A program made the position numbers and the translations under genes. Under the pieces are notes generated by a model. It made no database searches, was not told the origin of the DNA, and worked only from the letters and a program-made list of their open reading frames with translations. A stretch of DNA of 25,674 nt from Vicinamibacterales bacterium. Its GTDB lineage: Bacteria > Acidobacteriota > Vicinamibacteria > Vicinamibacterales > 2-12-FULL-66-21. Within the stretch, counting starts at the first letter, position 1; every line of letters starts with the position of its first letter. The stretch is from NCBI GenBank assembly GCA_035620975.1, contig DASPFV010000150.1, forward strand, positions 1-25,674, written 5' to 3'. This document shows positions 1-9,171 of this stretch, piece after piece.

Positions 1-73
1 CGATAATTGGCCCTCCGAAGGCCAGGGCTTCCTCGAGCAGCGGCGGGCGTGGCGCAGGCTGTCGACTGGCCAT
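1..73 (-). CDS. Partial ORF (N-terminus only). ATG at 73-71 overlaps the mlaE stop in an ATGA arrangement. The peptide begins MASRQPAPRPPLLEEALAFGGPII and continues off the window. Product unknown; possibly a downstream component of the Mla-like transporter.
   Basis: Manual reverse-complement translation of 1-73. A start overlapping the upstream stop suggests translational coupling. No recognisable motif in the 24 aa available. Confidence 0.25.
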   Translation of the reverse strand, partial: MASRQPAPRPPLLEEALAFGGPII

Positions 74-846
74 CAGTACATGAGGACGATCAGGAGCTGC
101 GTCACGAAGTAGTCCACCGCGATGACGGCGACCGAGCTGGCCACGACGGCATTCGTGGTCGCCCGCCCGACACCCTGAGTCCCGCCCCGCGCCCGCAGCC
201 CCACGTGGCAGCCGATGCTCACGATGGTGAACCCGAGGAAGAATGGCTTGATGATCCCCATCCAGACGTCCTGCATGAAGAGACCCTGGACGACGGCATT
301 CCAGTAGACCGAGGAGGCAACCCGCAGCAGGTTGGTCGTGACGATCCAGCCGCCCACCATCCCGACGCCGCAGGAAATCACGGTCAGGAGGGGCACCATG
401 ATGAGCCCGGCGAGGATCCGGGGTACGACCAGCTTCCGGACGGGATCCGTCCCGAGCGCGCGCAGCGCCGCGATCTGGTCCGTCACCATCATCGATCCCA
501 GCTCGGCGGCGATGCCGGACCCCACGCGCCCGGCGACCATGAGCCCGGTCAGCACCGGGCCGAGCTCCTTCACCATCGAGGCGCTGACGAGGCGGCCCAC
601 CATCGAGCGGGCGCCGAACTGGTCGAGGGTCATGCCGGACTGCAGCGCGAGCACCATGCCCGTGAAGAGCCCGGTGAGAAGCACCACGGTGAGCGACCCG
701 ACGCCGATGGCCTCGAACTGCTCGATCACGTCCCGGTAGTAGAACGGCCGCGTGGTGAGGCCCCGGCCGAACCTGCCGATCAGGATGACGTACTCCTGGA
801 CCTCGAGCAGCGCCGACTTGAGCCACTCCTGGAAGCGGCCCGCCAC
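73..846 (-). CDS. mlaE: ABC transporter permease of the MlaE/Ttg2B (phospholipid/organic-solvent ABC) family, 257 aa
   Basis: The ORF 73..846 translation is a multi-TM hydrophobic protein. It has the characteristic MlaE N-terminal region (FGRGLTTRPFYYRDVIEQFEAIGVGSLTVVLLTGLFTGMVLALQSG) and the family's full length of about 260 aa. Confidence 0.8.
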   Translation of the reverse strand: MAGRFQEWLKSALLEVQEYVILIGRFGRGLTTRPFYYRDVIEQFEAIGVGSLTVVLLTGLFTGMVLALQSGMTLDQFGARSMVGRLVSASMVKELGPVLTGLMVAGRVGSGIAAELGSMMVTDQIAALRALGTDPVRKLVVPRILAGLIMVPLLTVISCGVGMVGGWIVTTNLLRVASSVYWNAVVQGLFMQDVWMGIIKPFFLGFTIVSIGCHVGLRARGGTQGVGRATTNAVVASSVAVIAVDYFVTQLLIVLMY

Positions 847-847
847 G

Positions 848-2854
848 TCAGCGACGGCTCCCCGCGAGCCCGAGCTCGCGCGTGCGCAGCTGCTTGATGC
901 GATCCCGCAGCCCCGCCGCCTTCTCGAACTCGAGGTTGGCGGCAGCCGCCTTCATCTGCGCCTGCAGGCCCGCGATGTGGGCGTCGAGCTCCGCCTGCGT
1001 CCGGAACGGCTGGTCCTCCGGCGCGACGGTCACGTAATCGCGCTCGTAGACGCTCGTCAGCACCTCGTCGATGCTCTTCACGATGGAGGCCGGCGTGATT
1101 CCGTGCTCGCGGTTGTAGGCCTCCTGGATGGCGCGCCGCCGCTCGGTCTCGCCGATGGCGTGGCGCATCGAATCGGTGATCGTATCCGCGTACATGATGG
1201 CCCGGCCGTTGATGTTGCGCGCCGCGCGGCCGACGGTCTGGATGAGCGAGCCCCCTGACCGGAGGAAGCCCTCCTTGTCGGCGTCGAGGATGGCGACGAG
1301 CGACACCTCGGGCAGGTCCAATCCCTCGCGGAGCAGGTTGATGCCGATGAGCACGTCGAACTCCCCGCGCCTCAGATCGCGCAGGATCTGGATGCGCTCC
1401 AGCGTGTCGATATCCGAGTGCAGGTAGCGGACCTTCACGGCCAGCTCCTGATAGTACTGGGTCAGATCCTCCGCCATGCGCTTTGTCAGCGTCGTGACCA
1501 GCACCCGCTCGTGTCGGCCGGCGCGCAAGCGGATCTCCGCCAGCAGGTCGTCGACCTGGCCCTTCACCGGCCGGATTTCGATCTCGGGATCCAGCAGCCC
1601 CGTGGGCCGGATGATCTGCTCGACGACGACCCCGCCGGACCGGTGCAGCTCGTACGGCCCGGGCGTGGCCGACACGAACAGGAGCTGCCCCACCCGGTGC
1701 TCCCACTCCTCGAAGTTGAGGGGCCGGTTGTCGAGCGCCGACGGCAGACGGAACCCGTAGGCCACCAGCACTTCCTTCCGCGACCGATCCCCGTGGTACA
1801 TCCCGCGGATCTGCGGCACGGTCTGGTGGCTCTCGTCCACGATGGTCAGCGCGTCGGGGGGCAGGTAGTCGAGCAGCGTCGGCGGCGGCTCACCGGGGGC
1901 GCGCCCCGTGAGGTGCCGGGCGTAGTTTTCGATCCCGTGGCAGTATCCAATCTCCTTGATCATCTCGAGATCGAACATCGTCCGCTGGTGGAGCCGGTGC
2001 GCCTCGAGGACCTTGCCCTCCGACTCGAGCTGCCCGCGATACCACGCCAGCTCTTCCTTGATTGTCTCGACGGCGCGCTTCGTCCGGTCCCGCGAGGTCA
2101 CGAAGTGGGTCTTTGGATAAATCGCCACCTTGTCGCACCGGCGGATCGTTTTGGCCGTCAGCGGGTCGAACAGCACGAGCTCGTCGACCTCGTCGCCAAA
2201 CAGCTCGATCCGGACCGCCTGATCCTCGTAGGAGGGATAGACCTCGACGATGTCGCCGCGGACGCGGAAGACGCCGCGGGTGAACTCGTAGTCGTTCCGC
2301 TCGTACTGGATCTCCACGAGCTTCCGCAGGATCTGCTCGCGGTCGATGCGCTGCCCCCGCTCGAGCGGCAGCATCATCCCGTAGTAGGCCTCGGGCGATC
2401 CGAGGCCGTAGATGCAGGACACGCTCGCGACGATGATGACGTCCCGGCGCTCGAAGAGCGACCGGGTAGCCGAGAGGCGCATGCGGTCGATCTCGTCGTT
2501 GATGGTCGCTTCCTTCTCGATGTACGAGTCGGTGCTGGGCACGTACGCTTCGGGCTGGTAGTAGTCGTAGTAGCTGACGAAATACTCGACGGCGTTCTCG
2601 GGGAAGAAGCGGCGGAACTCCTGATAGAGCTGCGCAGCGAGGGTCTTGTTGTGGGCCATGACGAGCGTCGGCCGGTTGACCCGCGCGATGCAGTGCGCCA
2701 TCGTGAAGGTCTTCCCCGATCCGGTGACCCCGAGGAGGACCTGCGCCGCGTCGCGGCGGTCGAGCCCTTCGACGATCTCGTCGATCGCGCGGCGCTGGTC
2801 GCCCCGCAGCTCGAAATCCGTCACCAGACGGAAGCGGTCGTATCTGGAAGACAT
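848..2854 (-). CDS. uvrB: Excinuclease ABC subunit B (UvrB). ATG at 2854 gives [24 protein letters not shown], matching the canonical UvrB N-terminus. An upstream GTG at 2866 is an alternative start.
   Basis: The translation carries the Walker A motif [10 protein letters not shown], helicase motifs, the [13 protein letters not shown] beta-hairpin region and a C-terminal UvrB/UvrC interaction domain. The stop at 848 sits 1 nt before the mlaE start. Confidence 0.95.
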   Translation of the reverse strand: MSSRYDRFRLVTDFELRGDQRRAIDEIVEGLDRRDAAQVLLGVTGSGKTFTMAHCIARVNRPTLVMAHNKTLAAQLYQEFRRFFPENAVEYFVSYYDYYQPEAYVPSTDSYIEKEATINDEIDRMRLSATRSLFERRDVIIVASVSCIYGLGSPEAYYGMMLPLERGQRIDREQILRKLVEIQYERNDYEFTRGVFRVRGDIVEVYPSYEDQAVRIELFGDEVDELVLFDPLTAKTIRRCDKVAIYPKTHFVTSRDRTKRAVETIKEELAWYRGQLESEGKVLEAHRLHQRTMFDLEMIKEIGYCHGIENYARHLTGRAPGEPPPTLLDYLPPDALTIVDESHQTVPQIRGMYHGDRSRKEVLVAYGFRLPSALDNRPLNFEEWEHRVGQLLFVSATPGPYELHRSGGVVVEQIIRPTGLLDPEIEIRPVKGQVDDLLAEIRLRAGRHERVLVTTLTKRMAEDLTQYYQELAVKVRYLHSDIDTLERIQILRDLRRGEFDVLIGINLLREGLDLPEVSLVAILDADKEGFLRSGGSLIQTVGRAARNINGRAIMYADTITDSMRHAIGETERRRAIQEAYNREHGITPASIVKSIDEVLTSVYERDYVTVAPEDQPFRTQAELDAHIAGLQAQMKAAAANLEFEKAAGLRDRIKQLRTRELGLAGSRR

Positions 2855-2905
2855 GGCGCTCGGCACGCCCGCGGCCGCGGACGTTTAACCGCCGATCGTA
2901 CCATG

Positions 2906-2984
2906 CCACGGACCCACACGGAAGGGGCCACGGACGAACACGGCTCCACACGGAAGGCGGCCACCGACGAGCACGGCGAGGGGG
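2906..2984. repeat. Degenerate copy (forward orientation) of the dispersed CACGG-motif repeat family: CCACGGACCCACACGGAAGGGGCCACGGACGAACACGGCTCCACACGGAAGG...
   Basis: Seen directly. It contains the 16-mer CCACGGACGAACACGG, which is identical to 17441-17456. It is intergenic, upstream of uvrB. Confidence 0.7.
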
Positions 2985-3164
2985 CGTTCCAAACGCTCGC
3001 CGCGGAGCAGCAAGCACTGCCCGCCGCAAATGCGGCGCATCTCGCGCCGGTCTCGAGCATGCTCGGCTTTGTGTGCCAAGTGCGTCCGGCCGTCCGTCAT
3101 CTTCGTAATCTTCGCGTCGGGATCCTCATTTCAGGTAGGGGGTCAGTTTTCAAAACGGCCGACG

Positions 3165-3195
3165 TTGACACAATGGCGCACGGTGTAAGATGGCG
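3165..3195 (+). promoter_or_regulatory. Possible sigma70-like promoter for the VOC gene (TTGACA ... TAAGAT). A perfect 11-bp palindrome GTTTTCAAAAC at 3147-3157 lies just upstream and is a candidate operator.
   Basis: Hexamers read from the sequence in the AT-richer stretch 3100-3310. The spacing is about 15-16 nt, which is sub-optimal. Confidence 0.3.
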
Positions 3196-3310
3196 GGCCG
3201 AGCCTTCCCGAACGAGCAAAAATGAAACCGAAGAGCATCGACACCACGCCGCCGCGGCTGAAAAGTCCCACCGGTGGTCAACGAAGGTTGTTTCTAGGAC
3301 GGGCATCGCG

Positions 3311-3718
3311 ATGAAGCCGCGAGTGACCTCTCTCGCGCCGCAGTTCCTTGTCGATGACCTTGAACGCTCGATCGCATACTACAAAAAGCTCGGTTTTACG
3401 TTCGGCGAACCATGGGACGGTTTTTACGCCATCGGCGAGTTGAACGGACTGGAACTCCACCTAAAGGAAGCACCCCACAACCAGGCGGAGCGTCGCTGGC
3501 GGCGCGACTGTGAGCATCTTGACGCCTCGGCCGGCGTCGACGGCATCGAAGCATTTTACGAACAGTGCGTCGCCAACGGCGTCACGATCATCAAGGCGCT
3601 TGCTGGGACGGCCTGGGGGACGAAGGACTTCTATATCGAGGACCCCGACGGCTACATCATCTCCTTCGGCGGCAGCCCAGCGGCCGGGCCGTTGGAATCA
3701 CGCAGGGAGTCAAGCTGA
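3311..3718 (+). CDS. VOC (glyoxalase / bleomycin-resistance / dioxygenase) family protein, about 135 aa
   Basis: Translation MKPRVTSLAPQFLVDDLERSIAYYKKLGFTF...GTKDFYIEDPDGYIISF is the typical paired beta-alpha-beta-beta-beta VOC fold signature. An AGGA lies about 11 nt upstream. GC content and third-codon-position usage are visibly lower than in neighbouring genes. Confidence 0.8.
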   Translation: MKPRVTSLAPQFLVDDLERSIAYYKKLGFTFGEPWDGFYAIGELNGLELHLKEAPHNQAERRWRRDCEHLDASAGVDGIEAFYEQCVANGVTIIKALAGTAWGTKDFYIEDPDGYIISFGGSPAAGPLESRRESS

Positions 3719-3875
3719 CCGACCACCATGGCTCAGCGTTTCACTGCGGGCTGCTCTGGCCCCCTGACCATCTTGGGAAATGCGGTTCAGCCCTTCGGGT
3801 CGAGGCACAACGGGTCAGGATGATCTCTCCGCTGGCCCAGTGCCCTGCCCAGTCGTAATCCGCACGCCTGCTCTG

Positions 3876-3948
3876 TCCGTGTCTCGTCCGTGTTCTTCCG
3901 TGGCGTGGTGTGGCGTGGTGTCCGTGTCTCGTCCGTGTTCTTCCGTGG
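3876..3948. repeat. Two copies of the 27-mer CCGTGTCTCGTCCGTGTTCTTCCGTGG separated by CGTGGTGTGGCGTGGTGT. This is the reverse-orientation member of the CACGG-motif repeat family.
   Basis: Seen directly. It is intergenic, between the convergent VOC and VWA genes. Confidence 0.8.
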
Positions 3949-3960
3949 CCTGGCGCGGGG

Positions 3961-4881
3961 TCAGTGGCCCCCTTCGCGATACGGCGCGAAGTAGCCGGCC
4001 CGCGTCCGCAGCTTCGCCTGGCGCAGCTCGGGCCGCTTGAGGCGGATCTTGACGTCGCGCCACGATCCGTCGAAGCGCGTGTCCGACGAGATGTAGCCGA
4101 GGCTGTACCGCGCGCTGATCTCCCGCTGGATCGACTCGTAAATCCTGTCGAGCTCCTTGACGCTCGTCGGGAAGAACGCCTGTCCGCCCGTGGCGCCCGC
4201 GATGCGCTGCAGCTGCATCCGGGCCTCGTTCTTCGCCGAACTGGAATAGCGCTCCAGGTAGCCGATGGCGTAGAGCGTGACGTCCGACGCCTTCAGGAGG
4301 TCGAGCAGATCCGAATAGGTCAGCGAGCTGCGCGTATCCCCGCCGTCGGTGTACACCAGCAGGATCTTCTGTCCCAGCTGCGAGGCGGCGCCGTTCAAGT
4401 ACACGCCCAGCGCGTCGTAGAAGGCCGTCCAGCCGTCCGGCTTCCGCATCCGGATGCGCTCGATCAGCCGCGCGTACTCGCCCGACGAGTACCGCGCGAC
4501 GCGCACTTCCGTGTCGAAGTCGACGAGCGTGACGTCCACGGCCGTCGTGTTGGCGTTGAGGAACTTGACGACCGCCGAGCGGACGACGTGGATGTCCTTC
4601 TCCATGCTCCCGCTCGTGTCGAGCGCCAGGCCGAGGTGCAGCGGCAATGCACCGGCCTGGGGCCCGTCGTCACCCGCCGTGAAATAGCGGACCGCCTGCG
4701 CCTTGCCTTCCTCGAGGACCTCGAAGTCCTCGACCGAGAGGCCGGTCACGGGCGTGCCCTGCTTGTCAGTGACGACCACGGCGAAGTGGACGAGATCCAC
4801 GCCGGCGCGAAACGGCTGCTGCGCAGCTGGCGCCGCGACGGCGATCACCGCGGCCACGGAAAGCAGCATCGCTGAGCGCAT
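3961..4881 (-). CDS. Secreted von Willebrand factor type A (VWA) domain protein. ATG at 4881 gives MRSAMLLSVAAVIAVAAPAAQQ, a signal peptide. A longer GTG start at 4908 is possible.
   Basis: The translation has a signal peptide followed by a VWA domain with a MIDAS-like DTSGSM motif (LALDTSGSMEKD) and a C-terminal extension. Confidence 0.75.
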   Translation of the reverse strand: MRSAMLLSVAAVIAVAAPAAQQPFRAGVDLVHFAVVVTDKQGTPVTGLSVEDFEVLEEGKAQAVRYFTAGDDGPQAGALPLHLGLALDTSGSMEKDIHVVRSAVVKFLNANTTAVDVTLVDFDTEVRVARYSSGEYARLIERIRMRKPDGWTAFYDALGVYLNGAASQLGQKILLVYTDGGDTRSSLTYSDLLDLLKASDVTLYAIGYLERYSSSAKNEARMQLQRIAGATGGQAFFPTSVKELDRIYESIQREISARYSLGYISSDTRFDGSWRDVKIRLKRPELRQAKLRTRAGYFAPYREGGH

Positions 4882-5009
4882 AGGCCCCCCCGGATTCCGG
4901 CACGACACGGCCGGCGTCGCATCGGGTCATGATACGCGGATCGGCGCCTGCGGGTACCCCCGTGGCGGGCCCGGCGCAGCCGCCACGCCGCTTCCGTCGT
5001 ATAATGGGA

Positions 5010-6493
5010 TGTTTCGGCCATGGAAAGCCTGCGGACTGCGGGATCCGGCGAAAGGCTCGACTGACGTGCGCGTCTTCGCCTTCTGTCAGGACGAGCTCCT
5101 GATTCGCTCCCTGCAGGACGTGCTGCTGCCCAGCTTCGACGTGGACTTCCTCGTGGAGAGCGCCCCGCTGGCGCGCAAGCTCCACGACGCCGGCCTGCCG
5201 GTCATCACCGGCGACCCCCGCCGCGTCGATACGTACCTGAAGGCCGATATCTCCCCGAGCACCTGCTTCATCCTCGAAGACAACGGACGGCGGACGCTGC
5301 GCAAGGTCCTGTCGGCCATTCGCGACGCCGGCGGCACGCTGATCTATGTCGTCCACACGGGCCGGCGGCCTGCGCGCGCCTCGGAGGCCGCGCGCGCGGC
5401 CATGCCCGACGTGCTCCACATGGACCTCGCCGAGCTCATCCGCCCGACGCTCGTCCCCGAGCTGAGCCGCTCGATGACGCGCGCGCGCGTCCAGCAGTAC
5501 CAGCGGTACTTCGCCGACGCGGATCGCGTGCTGATCCTGCTCCACAACGATCCGGATCCCGACGCGCTGGCGAGCGGCCTGGCGCTGCGGAACCTGCTTC
5601 GCCGCACCAAGACCACGGCTATCATCGGCGCCATGCAGGGGGTCACCCGGCCCGAGAACCTGCGCATGGCCAACATGCTCGACATCCACGTCGAGCAGAT
5701 CACGCCGGCGTCCTTCGAGGAGTTCGAGCGAATCGCCACTGTCGACGTGCAGCCCCACTACTTCGGCGGCCTGCTGTCCCGGGCCGACCTCGTGATCGAC
5801 CATCACCCCGAGCAGCCCGGCTACAGCGCCGTCTTCAAGGACATCCGCGCGGACTACGGATCCACCTCGACGATCCTGACCGAGCATCTCCGGGCCGTGG
5901 ACGTGAACATCTCGGAGCGCACGGCGACCGCCATGCTTTACGCGATCAAATCGGACACGCTCTTCTTCGCGCGGCACACCAACCGGGTGGATCTCGAAGC
6001 GTTCACGTTCCTGTACCCGCTCGCCGACGCGGCGCTCATCCGCAAGATGGAAGGAGCGGAAATCACGCTCGAACGGCTCGACTACGTGACCCGGGCCAGC
6101 CAGGGCGGGATCCTGCGGGAGCAGGTGTTCAGCGCCTTCATCGGCGAGGCCCCACGGGAGGACTTCATCCCCTACACGGCCGACTTCTTCCTGCAGCTCG
6201 AGGCCGTGAAGTGGACGATCGTGGCCGGAGTGGTGGGAGGATCGCTCATCGTGAGCGTCCGCAACCTCGGCTACTCGCGCAACGCCGGGGAGTTCGTCAG
6301 GCGGTGGTTCGGCGACATCGGCAGCGCCGGGGGCCACCGCTCGATGGCCAAGGCCGTCGTCCCGATGGAGAAATTCCGCGAGAAGTTCGGGGACCTGTCA
6401 GGGCCGGCGATTACGGCGCGGATCGCGGAGATCGCCGGGCAGTTCCTCCACGAGCCGGCGGCCGAGAAGCGGCGCGACTACGCCAAGGCCTGA
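5010..6493 (+). CDS. DHH/DHHA1 family phosphoesterase (NrnA-like) with an additional ~170-aa N-terminal Rossmann/KTN-like domain. The start is uncertain: ATG at about 5010 or GTG at about 5066.
   Basis: DHH motifs LLHNDPDPDA and VIDHHPEQPG are present, plus a DHHA1 region with a GGH motif (GSAGGHRSMAKA). The N-terminal region shows a VFAFCQDELL...DFLVESAP...GLPVITGDP pattern. TATAAT lies immediately upstream of the 5010 ATG. Confidence 0.8.
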
Positions 6494-7638
6494 TCCAGGT
6501 CGGCAATCAGGTCTTCGGGATCCTCCAGCCCGACCGACAGGCGCGCCATGCTCGGCGTGACGCCCGCCCGCTGGAGCTCCTCTTCCGAGTGCCCCCATTG
6601 CGACGTGAGCACGGGCAGACTGCAGAGGCTCTCGACCCCGCCGAGGCTGGCGGCGCGACGGAAGACGCGCAGACGGTCGAAGAACCGCGCGGCGCGCTCG
6701 TACCCGCCGCCCAGGTCGATGCAGATCATGCCGCCGAAGCCGCGCATCTGCCGGCGGGCTACGTCGTGATCCGGATGTGACGGCAGCCCCGGATAGTAGA
6801 CCGTGTGGAGCCGCCGGTCACGGCCGAGCCACTCGGCAACGGCCTGGGCACTCGCGTTGTGGCGCTGCATGCGGACCGCCAGCGTCTTCAGGCCCCGTCC
6901 CAGCGCGTAGGCCGCCGAGGGGTCGAGCACCGTCCCGAGCAGCTTGCGCGCCTCGAGCATGGGCGCGAGGTGCCGCGACGACCCCATCAGGACGCCCGCG
7001 GTCACGTCGCTGTGTCCGTTGAGGTACTTCGTGGCGCTGTGCATGACCACGTCGACGCCGAGCGCGATGGGCTGCTGGTTGATGGGGCTGGCGAACGTGT
7101 TGTCGATGACGGAGATCACTCCGCGGGCGCGGCAGGCCGCAGCCACCGCCGCCACGTCCACGCACCGCAGCGTGGGATTGATCGGGGATTCGAACCAGAG
7201 GAGCCGCGTCGACGCCGAGCAGAGGCGGTCGGGCTCCGACAGCTCCTCGAGCGTCACGAAGCGCGCCGCCACGCCGAACTTCGGCAGTAGATCCGCCATC
7301 AGATGAAGGGTGCCACCGTAGATGGCCGACCCGCACACGATCTCGTCGCCCGACCGGGCGAGCGCCAGCAGCGCCGTCGTGGTCGCGGCCTGGCCGCTCG
7401 AAAGCACGAGCGCCGACTCCGCTCCCTCGAGCGCAGCCAGCGTGTGCTCCACTTCCATCACCGTCGGGTTCGCGTAGCGCGAGTAGAGGAACTTCCCCGA
7501 GCGCCCCTCGTTGTACTCGCGCACCTGGCTGGCGCTGTCGAAGACGAAGGTCGTCGTCTCGTAAATGGGCGTCGTGAGCGGTGCCGCGTCGCGGCTGACG
7601 GCGTCTGTGCGCTGAACGAGATCGGTGGACGGTTTCAT
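6478..7638 (-). CDS. PLP-dependent Cys/Met-metabolism enzyme of the cystathionine gamma-synthase / methionine gamma-lyase family, 386 aa
   Basis: Translation MKPSTDLVQRTDAVSRDAAPLTTPIYETTTFVF... has the PLP-lysine motif SATKYLNGHSD. A GGAG RBS sits 8 nt upstream of the ATG at 7638. The 3' end overlaps the convergent DHH gene by 16 nt. Confidence 0.85.
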   Translation of the reverse strand: MKPSTDLVQRTDAVSRDAAPLTTPIYETTTFVFDSASQVREYNEGRSGKFLYSRYANPTVMEVEHTLAALEGAESALVLSSGQAATTTALLALARSGDEIVCGSAIYGGTLHLMADLLPKFGVAARFVTLEELSEPDRLCSASTRLLWFESPINPTLRCVDVAAVAAACRARGVISVIDNTFASPINQQPIALGVDVVMHSATKYLNGHSDVTAGVLMGSSRHLAPMLEARKLLGTVLDPSAAYALGRGLKTLAVRMQRHNASAQAVAEWLGRDRRLHTVYYPGLPSHPDHDVARRQMRGFGGMICIDLGGGYERAARFFDRLRVFRRAASLGGVESLCSLPVLTSQWGHSEEELQRAGVTPSMARLSVGLEDPEDLIADLDQALA

Positions 7639-7700
7639 CGGCTGCTCACTCCGGACTGCGGGCGAGTCTACCGCCCCGGCGAGCCCGCCGGGTCTCCAAT

Positions 7701-9152
7701 TCAGCGGTGGACCGCCTCCGTGCGCTCGGCGCTGCCCGCCACGATCGGCTCGATGAACTGGCGGTAGGCGTCCTCGTAGCCCCGATCGAGCTGTTCGCCG
7801 AGCGTGTGCACCCGATCCGACCGCTCGTCGTAAATGCCGGCGAAATCGAGCGGGCCGAGCGGGTTGTGCAGGGGGCGGATGACGAACAGCCCGGCGTAGC
7901 GGCCGGCGGCGTGCTCGACGACGTCGCGGAGCGCTGCGGCCTCGAAGCTGGCCAGCTGTTCGGCGGCGTAGCCCCGCAGATCCGCGCGGCCGGCGCTGAG
8001 CTCGTGGGGTCGGCCTGCGGCCGGCGTGGCCGCCGCGAGGATAATCTGCTCGGCGCCGGCGGCGGTGACCTCTTCGATGACGCGCGCGAGCGAGCCCGGA
8101 CGATCGCAGAGCCGGTGCGACTCGCCCCGCCACGGGCCCTCCGGCGCGAAGTGCACCAGGTGGGGCTCGGTGCCGATGGGAAGCGCGAGCGAGGCGATCA
8201 CCGCGTCGAGCGCGTGGTCGCGGGCCACACCCGTCAGATCGAATGCCTCGACGGCCCGCGCCGCCGTGTCAGGTGCCTGGCGGTTGAAGAACCGCCCCCG
8301 GTACGGGCCTCCCAGCAGCGCGAAGACGAGATCGCGCCGCGCATCGAGGTCGTGGACGATGATGAGCAGCTCGCGGAACCCGGGCTGCCCGAGGTTCTCG
8401 GTCAGCAGGTCGATGAAGCGCCGGGCCAGCTCGGCGCGCGGCGGCGCGCCGAGCGGGGCCGCGCCCCGAATCAGGTTCCACAACTCCGAGGTGCACCGCT
8501 CGGCGAGGGATGCGGCCGCGAGAGGACCACCCAGCACGCGGCCGGCCAGCCCCCGCTGCGCCCGGCGCCTCCCGCCCCCGCGCCGGGACGGCAGCAGCGT
8601 CGTGAACCCCGCCGCAATCGCGACGAGCACTGCCAGCAGGGCCAGGCGCGGGATCACGGTCGGCAGCGCGTGCGGCGCGAACGCCGCCGCAATCACACGC
8701 GCGTACCCGCCCGCGATCGCGGTTCCGGCTCCGGTCAGCCCCACGAAGGTGAGGATCATCCCCGCCATCGCGGCGATGACAGCGGCGACCAGGAGGACCA
8801 GGGGCACGGCGACGATGGCCCCCGCAGCGACGACGCTCCATCCGGCGGCGCGAAGGGCGGGCCGCCACGCGTAGTACTTCTGCGATGCCGCGCCGCGCCA
8901 CAGACCGCCAGGCTCCCACAGGCGGGCCCCGCCATCCATGGCGGCGAACGCCGCGCCCACAGACCCAATCCCCCGGGCCGCCACGAGATCGATCCGGATG
9001 CCGGCTTCGTGCAGGGCCCGCAGCACGCCCGCGTGATACGCGCCGGCGGTCCCCGTGCCGGTGAGCACGAGCGCCGTCCGCAACCGGGTGGAATACTGAC
9101 GATCGGGACTCTCGGGGGTGACGGCCACGGCAGTCAACGGGAGCGCTGACAA
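7701..9152 (-). CDS. Membrane-associated patatin-like phospholipase family protein. The start is uncertain: TTG at 9152 or a downstream GTG.
   Basis: A glycine-rich oxyanion motif (LVLTGTGTAGAYHAG), a GxSxG-type nucleophile (RGIGSVGAA) and a DGG/A catalytic Asp motif (MDGGARL) are present. Several predicted TM helices follow. Confidence 0.75.
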   Translation of the reverse strand: MSALPLTAVAVTPESPDRQYSTRLRTALVLTGTGTAGAYHAGVLRALHEAGIRIDLVAARGIGSVGAAFAAMDGGARLWEPGGLWRGAASQKYYAWRPALRAAGWSVVAAGAIVAVPLVLLVAAVIAAMAGMILTFVGLTGAGTAIAGGYARVIAAAFAPHALPTVIPRLALLAVLVAIAAGFTTLLPSRRGGGRRRAQRGLAGRVLGGPLAAASLAERCTSELWNLIRGAAPLGAPPRAELARRFIDLLTENLGQPGFRELLIIVHDLDARRDLVFALLGGPYRGRFFNRQAPDTAARAVEAFDLTGVARDHALDAVIASLALPIGTEPHLVHFAPEGPWRGESHRLCDRPGSLARVIEEVTAAGAEQIILAAATPAAGRPHELSAGRADLRGYAAEQLASFEAAALRDVVEHAAGRYAGLFVIRPLHNPLGPLDFAGIYDERSDRVHTLGEQLDRGYEDAYRQFIEPIVAGSAERTEAVHR

Positions 9153-9171
9153 CGGCGGGACAGGACGGCCA

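Noticed and set aside
2855-3000. SOS/LexA box upstream of uvrB
   Set aside because: I looked for GAAC-N7-GAAC, CGAACRNRYGTTYC and CTGT-N8-ACAG type palindromes. Only the GAACACGG sub-units of the repeat element are present, and I could not define a convincing operator.
7639-7700. Hairpin CCCGGCG-AGCC-CGCCGGG as a terminator between the patatin gene and the PLP-enzyme gene
   Set aside because: On the transcribed (minus) strand it is not followed by a U-tract, and the downstream gene has its RBS only ~30 nt further on. It is more likely incidental GC symmetry or an intra-operon structure.
6478-8133. Extended 551-aa version of the PLP-enzyme ORF
   Set aside because: The upstream 165 aa are Arg/Pro/Gly low-complexity and overlap the 3' end of the patatin gene. 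The MKPSTD start at 7638 has a GGAG RBS.
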